Shown here piece by piece: positions 26,000 to 38,213 of a stretch of 64,000 nucleotides of DNA. How positions within the stretch are numbered: position 1 is the stretch's first letter; each line of letters starts with the position of its first letter. Made by a program: the position numbers and the translations under genes. Source of the DNA: Blepharisma stoltei ATCC 30299 (taxonomy: Eukaryota > Protista > Ciliophora); contig CBFDEM010000021.1 in NCBI GenBank assembly GCA_965603825.1, positions 62,001-126,000 on the forward strand, given 5' to 3'. The notes below the pieces were generated by a model. The model had not been told where the DNA came from and searched no databases. It saw only the letters and a list, made by a program, of their open reading frames with translations.

Positions 26000-27844
26000 T
26001 TAAATGCTAAGACTTCCTTTAATCTCTGCAACAAGCTTACAAAGTTCATGATACTTTTCCCTGTTACTTTCACATGCAGGTGACAACGACGATAAGCTTT
26101 CTTCAACACATTTAACAAGCATGTCGTCTTTTTCTTTTCCTAATAAATCCAATGAGCTTAATAAAACTACCCCGTTTTTAAGCGACTCCTGCATTTTTTG
26201 AAATTCCGGCTCAGAAAAATTCTTTTGCCTCAATTCATCAGTATGCTCCCCCACAAGTGCATAAGCTGCCACTTTTAGCTGTTCTGCCTTACAATCAGCA
26301 TCAGGCCTATGCGGCAGCGTCACAGGCTGAAATGGCATTGTATGTATCGCTACTGGTGGTGTTGACCTGAGTCTAAAAATTTCCAATACTTTTGATATAC
26401 TTGTATTGATTGCCTGTATGCTTACACACTACATAATTCTTACAATCCATGCATATTGCTGCTGAAAATCAGAATCTGGCTTCCAATCTGGGGTTTCCCT
26501 CTTTCTATTCACACATTCATAATTATACTGCTTCAATAGCTCAATAAGTGCTTCTTTTCTTTCTAATAATTTCAATAAAAACGCCATTGCATAGATATTG
26601 ACCCCTGCTTTAAATCTTTCAGTGAATAAATGAGGCGACAAGACTTCGCGCTCTTGTAAAGGTCTGCATATAAATGAAGCTTGAGGGGCGTCATGAGAAA
26701 AAAGCCTGTCTCGGTTTTCTTCACCTGTAAAAAGAGGGACTAGCTGGATGTCAGAGACTAAGCTGACACCAAGTTCAGGCTTATCAAATTGTATATGATA
26801 TCTGCTAGAGTCTAAAGTTAAAATGCTGCCACTTCGTAAATCCCCGGTACCTGGGTGGATTGCGAGGACTTTTTGGCCGACCATAAGCCTTGAACTTACA
26901 TTTCCGGGGTTGAGCTTTATATAGACTAACATATCATGATAGCTTGTAGGGAGGACTTTGCCTTGCTGGAGGACTTTTATTGCTTCTCTGTATTTTTGTA
27001 ATTTTTGCCGCTCTTGGGAGATGAAATTTGGAGAAAATCTTCTTGGTTTACCTAAGGCTGACTTGATTATTCTGCTTTCGTACATACTCATAGTTTCCCC
27101 TAAATTCAGGGTTTTTGAAGCTTCGTCAAATTCATTATGAGAAAAAAATCCTCTATCAACATATGAATAAAACCACTCAAATTTGCACCAGTTCAAAAAC
27201 TTAGGTGAAATATCATAGAAATTTCCTGTTTGCTGCGCGTAATCATTTAAATATATACTTGGAGAGTAAACAAACTCTGGGAAGCTCCTTCGTGAGTAGT
27301 TGGTATCCTTGAATCTTACATTGTGAGAAAAACTTGAGTCAACTGGCATAGAAAGGATTTCACCTCCTTCAGGTTTTTTATTAGGAGTTTTCCTTGCACT
27401 TGAAGGTGTTTTCTCGTATGCTTTAAGCTTTTTACGTCTTATATCTTCTTCATCATATCTAGGAGACACTGGAGACTCTTTGGCGGGGGTATAACATATA
27501 AGCCTAAAATCTTCGTCAAATGCATTTTGCTGTTTGGAGTCTTCAATTTGTTTGCGCTCCTCGTAGCAATTGTAAGTGTCCTCTATGATTGCTGCGAAAT
27601 CATTAGGATTTGCAGACGATAAATTGAGGTATGTTTTATTTTTCATATACAAAGCTTCAATCATATCAGAAGTTCTGTGGATGCTGACTGATGGAAGATT
27701 GTCTGTTGACTGAGCCTGAACTTGTTCGGCGAAGTGTTTGGAAAGGCTTTTAAAGTCGGTTCCGTATTTCGATAGACCAGAGAAGAAGATTTGAAGTTCC
27801 TTTTTTGACCACCGGGGTCCCATTCGTTCTTCAATAGACACCAT
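26000..27844 (-). CDS. LIN9: LIN-9/ALWAYS EARLY-like DREAM complex subunit (SANT/Myb + DIRP + Tudor-like; ~609 aa)
   Basis: MGPRWSKKELQIFFSGLSKYG..RTSDMIEALY (ALY-type SANT), WCKFEWFYSYVDRGFFSHNEF, LGKPRRFSPNFISQERQKL, VGQKVLAIHP and FDKPELGV. One intron at 26429-26443. Confidence 0.92.
26429..26443 (-). other. 15-nt intron (gtaagaattatgtag)
   Basis: GT..AG, A at -6. Joins two in-frame ORFs of the LIN9 gene. Confidence 0.88.
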
Positions 27845-28119
27845 ATGTAATTTTAGCAAATATGTGTCTTTAGCCTAACCAATGACATTTTGACATTTTT
27901 TAAGATTTTTGGGGTTAGGAAAAATTAGGAAATTCTCTTTGAGTTCTTTAGGAATTTTTAACTTAAATCTTAAAAATAAATAAAAATTAGAATTATTTGC
28001 AATTTTCCTATAATTGTGGTTTAAATTTATGTTTTATATATATTTAATCATAAATGACATCTAAATCTTAAATTTTGCCTATATCCTACAATTACTGATA
28101 TTTTAAATATATATCCTAC

Positions 28120-28800
28120 ATGGAAAGTAAGTAATAGAAAGCCAGAAAATTTTTGACAGCTGAAGATGAGCTTAAAGCCTGCCAAATGATAAGCCTTCTT
28201 GAACTTCACGACGAATCAGAAGATTTCCTTGAGCCAGTAGATTGAAAGTTTCTTAATCTTCCTGACTACCCGTTTGTCATCAAGAACCCAATAGATCTCG
28301 GCACAATTAAAAATAAACTAAATAGAAAAGTTTACCGCAATTTATCTGAATTTATTACAGATATACAACTAATCTGGGACAATTGTAAATTTTATAACGA
28401 ACGAAGCACAGTAAAAAATAAATAGGATTTTCGTCAACGGGCTGAATTTTTGGAAAAACAAATGAAAAGATATTGCGTAAAATTAAGGATTCCAATGCCA
28501 AAAGGTAGGCTGAAAAGGCTAAAAGATAAAGAAACAGCTGGAATTGAGAATTCTGACACTGTAACATTTGAAGAAAAATGAGAAATGTTAGGAAAAATTA
28601 AAAAATTAGGCCAGTTTTCTTTAGAAGAAGTGGTGCGTCTAATAAGAATGAATGCACCAGAAGCAGTAGAAAATGAAGAAAAAGAGAAAATAAGGGTAAA
28701 GCTCGACGATCTTGACAGAGCTACATTTACAAGAATGCAAGAAATTATTAACGAAAGCACCTCACTTGAAAGCTTGCCAAGAAAGGCCTATAATGCTTAA
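28120..28800 (+). CDS. Single-bromodomain + ET-domain (BET/GTE-like) protein (~216 aa, 2 introns)
   Basis: FLEPVDW(TGA 28243)KFLNLPDYPFVIKNPIDLGTIK..DIQLIWDNCKFYN with the conserved Asn; ET-like VTFEEKW(TGA)EMLGKIKKL..VVRLI..LDDLD. The bromodomain is absent from the ORF track. Confidence 0.88.
28127..28141 (+). other. Probable 15-nt intron (gtaagtaatagaaag)
   Basis: GT..AG, A at -6. Removal deletes TAA TAG and links ATG 28120 in frame. Confidence 0.65.
28411..28425 (+). other. 15-nt intron (gtaaaaaataaatag)
   Basis: GT..AG, A at -6, phase 0 with in-frame TAG inside the bromodomain. Confidence 0.88.
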
Positions 28801-28847
28801 TTAAAAAATTTTGAAAATTAATTTTTTATGCTATTTTTAAAAACAAT

Positions 28848-31121
28848 TTAAAATACTTCTTGCAGCTCCACATCATGCTTTTTAACGTCCCTATTCAGCA
28901 GCTTTAGTATTGCTTTTGTCCCTATAAGTAGCATTTGTTTTTTCATTTTTTGAGTAGTTAGCATTGGAACAGAATTTTTCCCAAGATTTCTTTCCCCAAA
29001 AACAGCTCCTTCTCTAAAATTGTTTGTACTTTTTTCTACTATTGTTGGATCTTTTATTGATTCTTTATTTTGAATATGTTCTACCCCTTGAATTAATTTT
29101 GATTCTTTTGAGGCAATACTATCATCAATTCTTCCTGAAATCTTATAAATTTTTTTTTCTTCTTCCTCTTCAATGTTTTTTACCTCAGATTCAGAGGCTT
29201 TATTTGCTTCTTGGACATTTAAATTTAGGCTTTTAGATGACAATTGATGAAGAACTTCAGGATTCATCGCAATAAATTTTTTTTCTGGCTTGATTATTTT
29301 TGAGTCAGAATTTTGAGACTTCAGCTTAGGGGATTTAAGTGGATCTTGCTTTGAACTAACAGCTTCAGGCTCTTTTACATTATCATCTGATAAAGATTTT
29401 TTCCTTTTGGGAACTGGGACATTATCAACTGGTTTGGCAAATTTCAATTTGGAGCTTGGAGACCTTTGTTTGATTTCTATGTACATTTGGTTTACTTTAT
29501 CAAAAATTTCTACTCTGGCCGATAAATAAGTAGGATCACTTCTCATTCTATTGTTTAGCTCCTCTTCAGAGAATTTCGGAAATTCCTTATCTAGTAAGAC
29601 TTCAATTTTTGCTCTTGTTTCAGTTAAATACTGGTAATCATAGTAAAAAAAAGTTGTAATAGGAGATGAATATTTTTCATGAAAAGCTAAATGAGTTTGC
29701 CTTTGCATTAATGGCCTTATACCCTCTGCAATAGAAATACACTTTTTTCGTCTTGCTGGGTCTATTTCTTTTTTTATTAATTTTTCTTGTGGAAAATCAA
29801 TTTGAGTTTCTATGTTTTCTTTTTCGGTTTCGATTTCTTTTGATATTTGTTCTCTGCGTTGTGGCTTCTGAATAGCAATTTCTTCAATTGACTTTTCCAC
29901 CTTAAGTGATGGCTGTTCAATTTTTTCTTCTTCAGACGCAGAATCATCTTCAAGTTCTTCTGCATTAGATTTTATTTTAATCGAAACCTCCTGAATCTCT
30001 TCTTTTTCAGATCCTGAATCATCTTCAAGCTCCCTTGCATTCGACGTAGTAATTTTGACTTCTTCAACCAATTTTTTTTCTGGCATTTTTATAGTAACCG
30101 GCTGCATTTCTGCAGGAATTTCTACTTTTTGTTCCTCAACCTCTTCCTGCGTGATTTTTTCTAATTCCTCTTTTTTCTTGCTAATCACTTCTTTATTTTG
30201 CTTCATTTCATTGATTTTTCGTTCATTTTCTTCAATTTTCTTTTTCTGCTCTTCAATAAGCAACTGTTTTTCAATGTATTCTCTACTTATCTGTTCTTCT
30301 TGTAGCGCAAAAGAATATCTCTGCTGAGTTTCCCTCATCTGAATTGACCTCTGGGCTTCCTGAATACTGTTAATTTCAGTAATTTTTGACTCATATAGCT
30401 CCTTCATAACCTGTATCCCTTTAAGATTCGTCTCTGACAAAATTTGCAGCTGCTGGGTCATAAAATTGCTTAAAGTGTCCATTATCGGTACAATATCAAT
30501 CTGTGTTGGCGGAGTCTGAGGCAAAATTTCGACGCTTTGAGATTTCCCTGGAATATGCCTCCTCGCTTTATGTTTTTCTAAAAATTCTTGAGAAACGAAG
30601 CATTTTGAGCAGTGTTCACATTTTACTGCATTTGCCCGGGTCATGACTTTATTCATAATAGCTGCAGATGAGGGCTGCCTTAATAGGTACTCATAAGTGG
30701 TCACGGCGCGTTTTTTCTGCTTGAGCTCATTTTTCAAAGCGTTTATTTCTTTTTCATTAGAAGTTAATGATAATTGTAAACTTTGGTTTTGCTCGAAATA
30801 AGACTTGTATTGGGACTCTGAGGAGCTGCCTTGCTGGTATAGCTTGTTTTGGACAAATAAAAGATATTCAATAGCTAGCTGGGAAAGCTTAAAAATTTTG
30901 AGGACGTTTGAGTCACCGATTCTTTCTAAATCTTCACGGTCGATAGTGGAATATGTAAGATTTTCTATAATTGGCTGCAAGTTATCAATGTCTCCAGCTT
31001 GAAATGCAGTGTCTAGGTCGAGGTATTTTATTTGTTCTCAGTTGATTTTTCCAAATCGCTGCTTAAAAGCGAAGCTAGAAGCGTCTTCAGTTTGAAGTTT
31101 TGGAGTCAATGGGATAGACAT
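28848..31121 (-). CDS. DZIP1: DZIP1/Iguana-like basal body protein (Dzip-like N domain, C2H2 finger, coiled coil; ~757 aa)
   Basis: FAFKQRFGKINW(TGA)EQIKYLDLD..LQPIIENLTYS..KIFKLSQLAIEYLLFVQ and CEHCSKCFVSQEFLEKHKARRH. Confidence 0.85.
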
Positions 31122-31248
31122 TTTTACTTTTAAAATTGGTAGTTTATGATAATTTAAATTGAGAAAATAATGATTTTTTAATTATTTGCTGATTTTTCAT
31201 TGAGAATTTAAATTAATTCAGATATAGAAAAATTTTATTTTTTAAAAT

Positions 31249-32607
31249 ATGAGAAATTTGTGTTCTATAAATTATATGGCATCACCTATCACGAGCCAAG
31301 AAGAACATATAATTGATAATATTTTCATGAATAATGAAGAATTAGCAGTTGATTGTACTGAATGCAAAAAAAGACCATCTATTCAGAAATGCAGCTGTGA
31401 CAAATATTTATGCTCTTTCTGTGCAAGAAATCACTGAAAAATTATGAATGAAATAATTCAAGTAGATCACTATTTTTCCAAGGGACAGAGTCAATTCCCG
31501 CATCCAATTCCTATTAATCGTGAAATCGAAAGCCTCAATATTATCCTAGGAAATACTCTAAGTCTCTGCTCAGATGTAAAATCGTTGTATGAGAGCATGA
31601 AAAACCAAAAGGGTAACTTGCTTTATCAATTAGGAAAGGCAGCGGCATCAAATCAAATAAAAGAATTGAGTGAGAAAATGAAAAAAATAGAAAACTATGA
31701 AACAATTATAGCAGATTTTTATCACAGTAGCTTCAAACAAAACTTATATATACTAAGGAATTATTGTATTACAATTATAAAAATTTCTCGGATTCAGTTT
31801 TCTATTATAAAAGAGAAATTTGCAATTAATAATGCCTACTACAAAGCTGAAGATATAAAGTATGCAATAGATATTAGGCTAGGTGATTTTAACAAGATTG
31901 AAAATTTAACAAACTGGTTTGAAAATTTAGATTTAGAAGTCATGATGACAACTCTGAGAACTTTTGTGATTATGAAAAATAAATTTAATGAGCAATTCAA
32001 GCAAGAGAAAGTAAATAAGATAATCGAATTATTTAATAGAAGTGAAGTGGAAATTGATCAATACCAACAAATGATAATTGATGGAATGTATAGAAAAATT
32101 AATAACTAGGATCTTGCTTATAAGGATGATTTTTTTAAAAAATTAGTCAGGCATTATGAAGCAAATCCTAATATCAGCAAAAGAATGCTCATTATTTCAT
32201 TTTTATGAATTAATTTTGAGTGTATTCCTTTAGAAGAAGAAACTTATACAAGAATCAGATTTTTTGAAAATTGGGAAACAGATGATCACATCAATGATGT
32301 CCATGTTCAGATGCTTCAAGCTAGACATTATATGAAGCAGGGTAGTTGAACAGATGCTGAAGGATTGCTGAATAACTGTTTGCACCATCTCTACGAGTCT
32401 GCTGATAAAAATCATCCTCTGTTTAATGAATGCATGCAATGGTTAGCTGAATGCTATTCATCTTTAAATAATAATCTGTGCTCATTGAAATTGTTGGAAA
32501 AAGTTTTGGCAATTCAAATAGAAAATCTGAGGTGGTATGATAGAGGATCGATAAGGAATATTTTGGATAACATTAATGCTATTAGATCTGTCCAAGAAAG
32601 AACTTAA
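31249..32607 (+). CDS. Hypothetical B-box-like + TPR-like protein interrupted by an in-frame TAG at 32107-32109 (pseudogene, read-through or two genes)
   Basis: CTEC..CSCDKYLCSFCARNH at the N-terminus. The same frame stays open on both sides of the TAG. TPR-like CMQWLAECYSSLNNNLCSLKLLEKVLAIQ near the end. Confidence 0.55.
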
Positions 32608-32718
32608 ATTTAAACAAATTTAATCACTTCTTTTAATTTCTTAGTCCCTACTGAGACTGGGATATAATTATTACTTAGCTATTAAATTTTCCATATTTAT
32701 TTAGAATAAAAAGAGTGG

Positions 32719-33366
32719 ATGTCAAAGCTTAATCAAGACCAGCTTAAAAAAGCAATCCACGAAATTAACGTCGACAAAAAGCAACGTAAGTTCACAGAAA
32801 CCATTGATTTACAGATTGGACTTAAAGACTACGATCCTCAAAAGGATAAACGTTTTGCAGGCTCAATCAGACTTCCTCACATCCCAAGACCAAAGCTCCA
32901 AGCCATTGTCCTCGGTGATCAAGTCCACTGCGATCAAGCACAAGAACTTGGCCTCCCTTGGATTGATGCTGAAGGGCTTAAAAAGTTCAACAAGCAGCGC
33001 AAGCCAATGAAAAAGTTCTTTAAGCCATACGACATCCTCTTAGCCTCAGAATCCATCATTAAGCAGATTCCAAAGCTCGTCGGGCCAAATCTTACAAAAA
33101 TCAACAAATTCCCAATCGCTGTCAGTCCAGCTGATAACTTGCAAGAAAAGATTAATGAGGCCAAAGGAACCATTAAATTCCAGCTTAAGAAAGTTTTGTG
33201 TTTGGGTGTCGCTGTAGCTCATGTTGGATTATCAGAAGAAGAACAAAGACAAAATATCACATTATCAATCAACTTCTTAGCAAGTCTTCTAAAGAAGAAC
33301 TGGAACAACATCAGGACTCTCAACATCAAGACTACTATGGGCAAGCCACAAAGAATCTATGGTTAA
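32719..33366 (+). CDS. RPL10A: 60S ribosomal protein L10a (uL1)
   Basis: RKFTETIDLQIGLKDYDPQKDKRFAG, IKFQLKKVLCLGVAV and SLLKKNWNN..TTMGKPQRIY. Confidence 0.98.
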   Translation: MSKLNQDQLKKAIHEINVDKKQRKFTETIDLQIGLKDYDPQKDKRFAGSIRLPHIPRPKLQAIVLGDQVHCDQAQELGLPWIDAEGLKKFNKQRKPMKKFFKPYDILLASESIIKQIPKLVGPNLTKINKFPIAVSPADNLQEKINEAKGTIKFQLKKVLCLGVAVAHVGLSEEEQRQNITLSINFLASLLKKNWNNIRTLNIKTTMGKPQRIYG

Positions 33367-33602
33367 GCTAAGCGCAGCAGCGCCCTTAATTTATACCAAT
33401 CTTGTATTGGAAGCTGTTTTGCGTTTTCCTCTATATTAATAAAGGCTTCCAAGCCAATAGTCTTCTTTTCTTATTTTTAATATTTTTCTATGTTTATATA
33501 GAAATAGTCAATTATGTATGCAGACTATTAAAGGAGATCTCTTTAAATTTAAACTTATGGTTTGGTTAAACTTCATATAAAGATTTCCATTACCAAGAAG
33601 AA

Positions 33603-36158
33603 CTAAAGATTGTCTAAAAATCCTTGTGTTTCTGAAGGAGCTGCGAATATTCCGAGGGATGCTAAATTGTCCATGTAAGGAGCTTCTGTTTCAAAAGTAA
33701 GCTTCTGGGGTGGGGAAAGTCTTAGCAGGCACTGTTTTAAGTTGTTTAGTGGGCCTTCTACAAGCATCCCATTATCATTGTAATGGTTAAGCAAGTTATT
33801 TCATAGTTCTTGCTTTGCTAAAATTTTCGCATTACCACAGATAACAAGCCCATATCTTGCTCTAGTCAGCGCAACGTTAAGTCTTCTTGAGTCGTTCAAA
33901 AACCCTATTCCTAAATTTTCATTAGACCTTACACAGGACAAAATAATAATATCTTTTTCTCTCCCTTGAAAACTATCAACAGACGAAATCTCAATATCTC
34001 TATAATGAGAAGGCCCTAAAGACCCAAAACTCTGCATATAAGCTGTAATAAAAGCTCGTTGGCCTTCATAAGGTGTAATAATCCCTAGCTGATGTGCTTG
34101 AATCCCAGATCTCATAAATTGTGTCACAATTTTTTCGACATTTGAAGTTTCCGTTCTGTTTAAATAAGAAGTCCCTGATGCCGAAACTTCTTCAGGGCCT
34201 ATTGTATTATAGAAAAAAACTGGTTTAGATGGGACAGGCCATGGAAAATCAAGCCCAGAAATCTGTCTATCAGATATAGAAACTCCATTCTGCAATGACC
34301 CTTCATAAAACGTATTACTTGGAAACTCCGAAATCGCTGGATGCATCCTATACTGTATATGCAGCCTAAACGGCCTATTCCCCAAATGTACAAGTCTTTC
34401 AAACAGCGACCTATTATATCCTGCACTGGCTGCTTTTTTACACATCACAACTGGCCCAAGCTGACAATGGTCTCCTACCATAATCACCTGTGTCGCCCCT
34501 GTCAAAATCGGCAACAAGCATTCAGGCTCAGTCGCCTGAGTCGCCTCATCAATCAAAACTTGGGTAAACAAAAACGTCTTCAGTCTAGGGTCAAATGACC
34601 CTGAACAGGTACAACAAATTACCTCAGCCTTGGACAGTAAAAATTGTTCTGCTTTATTTCTCAGCCGCCTGTACTCATTTTCTTCTTCTGAGGAAATATT
34701 TAATTGTTTATCTTTTTTGTCCTGAAGGACTTTTAAAGGCAAAAATTCTCCGACGTCAAGCTCCCTTACTTGTTGATGGAGGGTCAAGAAGTCAATGCTA
34801 GAAGAAATGGCCTCACGGGACTTGGCGCAGAGCCTGACTACTTTTAGGCCACATTTGTGGAGTTTTTCGGTCAGTTGGTCGACTGCGATGTTGGAAGGGG
34901 CGGTTACAAGGACTTGCCCGGTTTTCTGCATGGCCATGTGGTAGACGATGGTGGCGGAGGTGACAGTTTTGCCGGTACCTGGAGGGCCTTGGATCATCAT
35001 AAAAGGGGCTGATAAAGCTTTTTTTACAGCTTCTACTTGGTAGTGATTTAATGGAGGGAGGTTTGGGGCTGATAGATCTCGAGGCAGTTTTACCCTAATC
35101 ATAGGTGCTTGGGCAGGTTTCCCAAGGATTATTTGCATTATATATTGAGTTATTTGTCGTTTTGAAAATAATTCAAGCCCTGTTATCATCCTTTTAAAAG
35201 TGGTGGCCTTCCAGACGAATTCTACGGTATAGCCTGAGGTTTGTGAGGGCGGCGGGGCAGAGCAGGACGTTATTTGGACGACGATTTCTTCAAAATCAGA
35301 TATTCTGGTAATAGTGCCGATCCCTTCCCAATTAGCGGAGTCCAGGGTAAGCTTCATTTCGTCACCAGGGACAAGCCTTATATCGGAGTCCTCTTTAGTG
35401 AAAATAAAAATAGCTGAAGGCCGCCTATCTGATCTGTCCCATCTTAAAGAAATATCAGTTTTTCTTTGACTTCTTTTGATATCCCTATCATACTCCGCTT
35501 CAAGCTTGACCAGCTTATCATATATTTCTAGATACTCCTTAGGAGAATTGTAGTGTAATTTTATTTTTTTTATGTTTTCTTGGACAGCTGGAGCTTCTGC
35601 AGGCTGCAGTCCTCTTTTGATATCTTCTTCAATTTTTGTGATTTCTTTTATTGATAATTTCCTAGCCTTTTTGTCTTCTTCTTCACTAGGAACACTTACA
35701 ATCCAAGGTAAAAATCTTTTTTCTTCAATCAGAGGATGCCAGGCACTTATATCCCATTCTTTTTCACTGATAACATTTCTCATAGCACAAGGCTCTCTAC
35801 ACAGAAAAATCAACGTATTTTCAGAGCGAGATGGCACAAAGCCTAGCAAAAACACATTCCGTGATGCACAAACATAGCATTCTATTGAAGTGTCGCCTAA
35901 AGTCGTCTCAGGATGCATAGAAACTGCTTTATGTCGAGCTTTGACCAGATGGGCGATTATATGTGAACCCGCTTTGTTGCCTCCGTATGAATTGCAGAAC
36001 CACTTATTGCAATTGTCAGATATGCATTTTACTACAGTTCGTTCGTCGTTATTTCCACAGTACCAACAAGCGTGATCTGGAAGATTTGATCAGTCGTATT
36101 CGTCGATCACAAGCTCTTCTTCTTCCTCTTCTTCTATATCAGCCCAATGCTCTTCCAT
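33603..36158 (-). CDS. UPF1: Regulator of nonsense transcripts 1 (UPF1 SF1 helicase; ~851 aa)
   Basis: CH domain LPDHACWYCG..KWFCN..SHIIAHLVKARH..ECYVCASRNVFLLGF, QGPPGTGKT, DEATQ, GDHCQLGP, VDSFQGREKD, RRLNVALTRA and LW(TGA 33801)NNLL..LVEGPLNNL. Confidence 0.97.
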
Positions 36159-36397
36159 TTATTTATAGTGATTTCATTGAAGAATTAAAAATAACTCGTT
36201 GGTAGAATGATAGATTGAAATAAAAATTTAGAGGAATTTAGCGATTTCGAAAGATTTGGTGACTATTAGATTGGCGTGTGTAGTTACCATTAATGTCATA
36301 TGATTATATTTTGGTTACTATGAAAGAAATTTAAACAAAGAAATTATGAGTTTAATAAATAATTGATAACTAATAAGATGCTAGTCCTCATAGCAAT

Positions 36398-37147
36398 CTA
36401 TGGGTCATCTTTTTTGATATTAGGCTTAAATAATGCCATAAACGCTTGCCCAAACTCAAGCCTCTTCTGCTTACAGTATCTTGCCACATGGAATTCTTTA
36501 ATTTCTCTATCTTTATCCACAATCTGCCAAAGATAAAACCCGGAAATTGATACCCCGCAGTGCCATAGCCCATGATATATCCTCAAGTAATCATTGTCTT
36601 CGTCTAGTGCTTTAATAAAGCAAATTACAGAAAAAGTCAGTATTACACTTCCCTTGATGACGTATTTTCTGTTAAATCTTGAAGACCTAAAGAATAAATT
36701 TTTAATTATGCATATGCTGCCAAATATCAAAATTGGGCCAATCGTATTTTTTATCTCCCAAGGATGATTTGCCTGCATAAGCATAGTCAAAAAGAGTCCT
36801 CCAAAATTTAGCATTATATCGATATCACACAAGTGCCGAGACACATAAATATTTTTCCCCTTAACTTGCAAATTGTCCATCCAGTAAATTATCAACGAGA
36901 TAAAGCACATGATAGAGCCTATGTTATCAAGTTTGTGTCAGTTCTGAGAGGTAATATAAAATGAGCCTCATTTGATACTGTCTAAAGCATGATACATAAA
37001 CGAGGTAAAGCAGGTGAATAAGCCAATGCACATCGGGAAGTAATGCTTGTTGACATGGGCCAGGTAAAGTGTTGGGATAAATGCAAAGTTTGTAATACCA
37101 GTGATGAGCAGCATTGCAAATTTCTCTCCTTCAGACCGAAAAGCCAT
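36398..37147 (-). CDS. TMEM8/myomaker-like (CREST superfamily) multi-pass membrane protein (~249 aa)
   Basis: TNFAFIP, FTCFTSFMYHALDS, W(TGA)HKLDNIGS and NDYLRIYHGLWH match the CREST SxxxH / D / HxxWH pattern. Confidence 0.8.
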
Positions 37148-37169
37148 TAATTTTTTATTAAGTTTTAAT

Positions 37170-37814
37170 TTATAGCCGAATTATCTGGACATCCGTGGGT
37201 TTATTGAAGTACTGTGATTTTAAGTGGTTGTACCAGGGCAAGGTATTTTTAAGCTGAACTCCATTTAAAATTTCAACATGAGAAGGGGCTAATTGAGTAA
37301 ATAAATAGTCAACTATTTGGAATAGCATAACGTCAGCAACAGAAACTTCGTTCCTATACAAGAATTTATGCAAAAGGCTCTCTTCACCATCTAAATAATT
37401 CTTCTCAATTTCTGAGACTATTGATTTTACGATTTTTTTAGGTTTTTCATTAGAAAAATCACGTGAAACTGCATTTAGGTTTTTTATTAAAGCCTCGATT
37501 TTAGTTTTTATGTGGCAGTCAATTATCGCTTTTTCTAAAGGATTAATTTGGCCTGTAATCAGTCTAGGGTATAAATTTGGCCCTGGAAGGGTGTCTAAAT
37601 ATTGAATTATTGTTACAATTTCATTAATGCCAATCGTATCATCGAAAGTTTTAATTAAAAGTGTTGGTGTTGCTCCATTCGGGCTGTAATTTAAAAGCCA
37701 TTCTGGAGTCTCTTCAATTGTAACTATTTCAATGTCAAGCCTTTTAAAAGCTTTCACACCAAGCACGATTTTCGAGCTCAAGCAGCCATTTCGCACAATA
37801 AGTGTGAGATCCAT
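37170..37814 (-). CDS. Divergent glutathione S-transferase-like protein (214 aa)
   Basis: PEWLLNYSPNGATPTL (cis-Pro motif), IIQYLD..GPNLYP and the N-capping box VSVADVMLF. Confidence 0.72.
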   Translation of the reverse strand: MDLTLIVRNGCLSSKIVLGVKAFKRLDIEIVTIEETPEWLLNYSPNGATPTLLIKTFDDTIGINEIVTIIQYLDTLPGPNLYPRLITGQINPLEKAIIDCHIKTKIEALIKNLNAVSRDFSNEKPKKIVKSIVSEIEKNYLDGEESLLHKFLYRNEVSVADVMLFQIVDYLFTQLAPSHVEILNGVQLKNTLPWYNHLKSQYFNKPTDVQIIRL

Positions 37815-37880
37815 ATTATGGTAATTTACTAATTATTCCTCTTTTGTTAATTTTATAAAATTTGTGACTAAATTAATTTA

Positions 37881-38213
37881 TTATCCTTGCTGCTCTCTAT
37901 AATCAGTCATCCTTATAACATTGCTATTTTTTAGTCCTTGCAGAGAGTTCCTGTAGTAAAGCCAAAGTAAGAAGGTAAAGACAATTAGCCAGATGTAGCT
38001 TCGTGTGTAGTAATAGATAAATGCAAGAAAGAGAATCCAAATAATTTCACACTCGAATCCGAAAAGAGAAACTTTCTTTGCTAAAATCCCTAATTTGTCT
38101 GTAGTGGTAGGGAATAGTTGATAGTTTGGCTTTTTAGGTGTTTGTGCTAGCCTTGGTCCTTTATTTTTTAATGATTCATCCCGAACTACTACTCCGTTGA
38201 CAATTCTTACCAT
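37881..38213 (-). CDS. Small membrane protein, FAM241/DUF4605-like (110 aa)
   Basis: MVRIVNGVVVRDE N-terminus and a two-helix hydrophobic segment. Confidence 0.6.
   Translation of the reverse strand: MVRIVNGVVVRDESLKNKGPRLAQTPKKPNYQLFPTTTDKLGILAKKVSLFGFECEIIWILFLAFIYYYTRSYIWLIVFTFLLWLYYRNSLQGLKNSNVIRMTDYREQQG

Noticed and set aside
28080-28120. Direct repeat TATATCCTACA twice before the bromodomain gene
   Set aside because: Only two 11-bp copies 30 bp apart, most simply a local micro-duplication.
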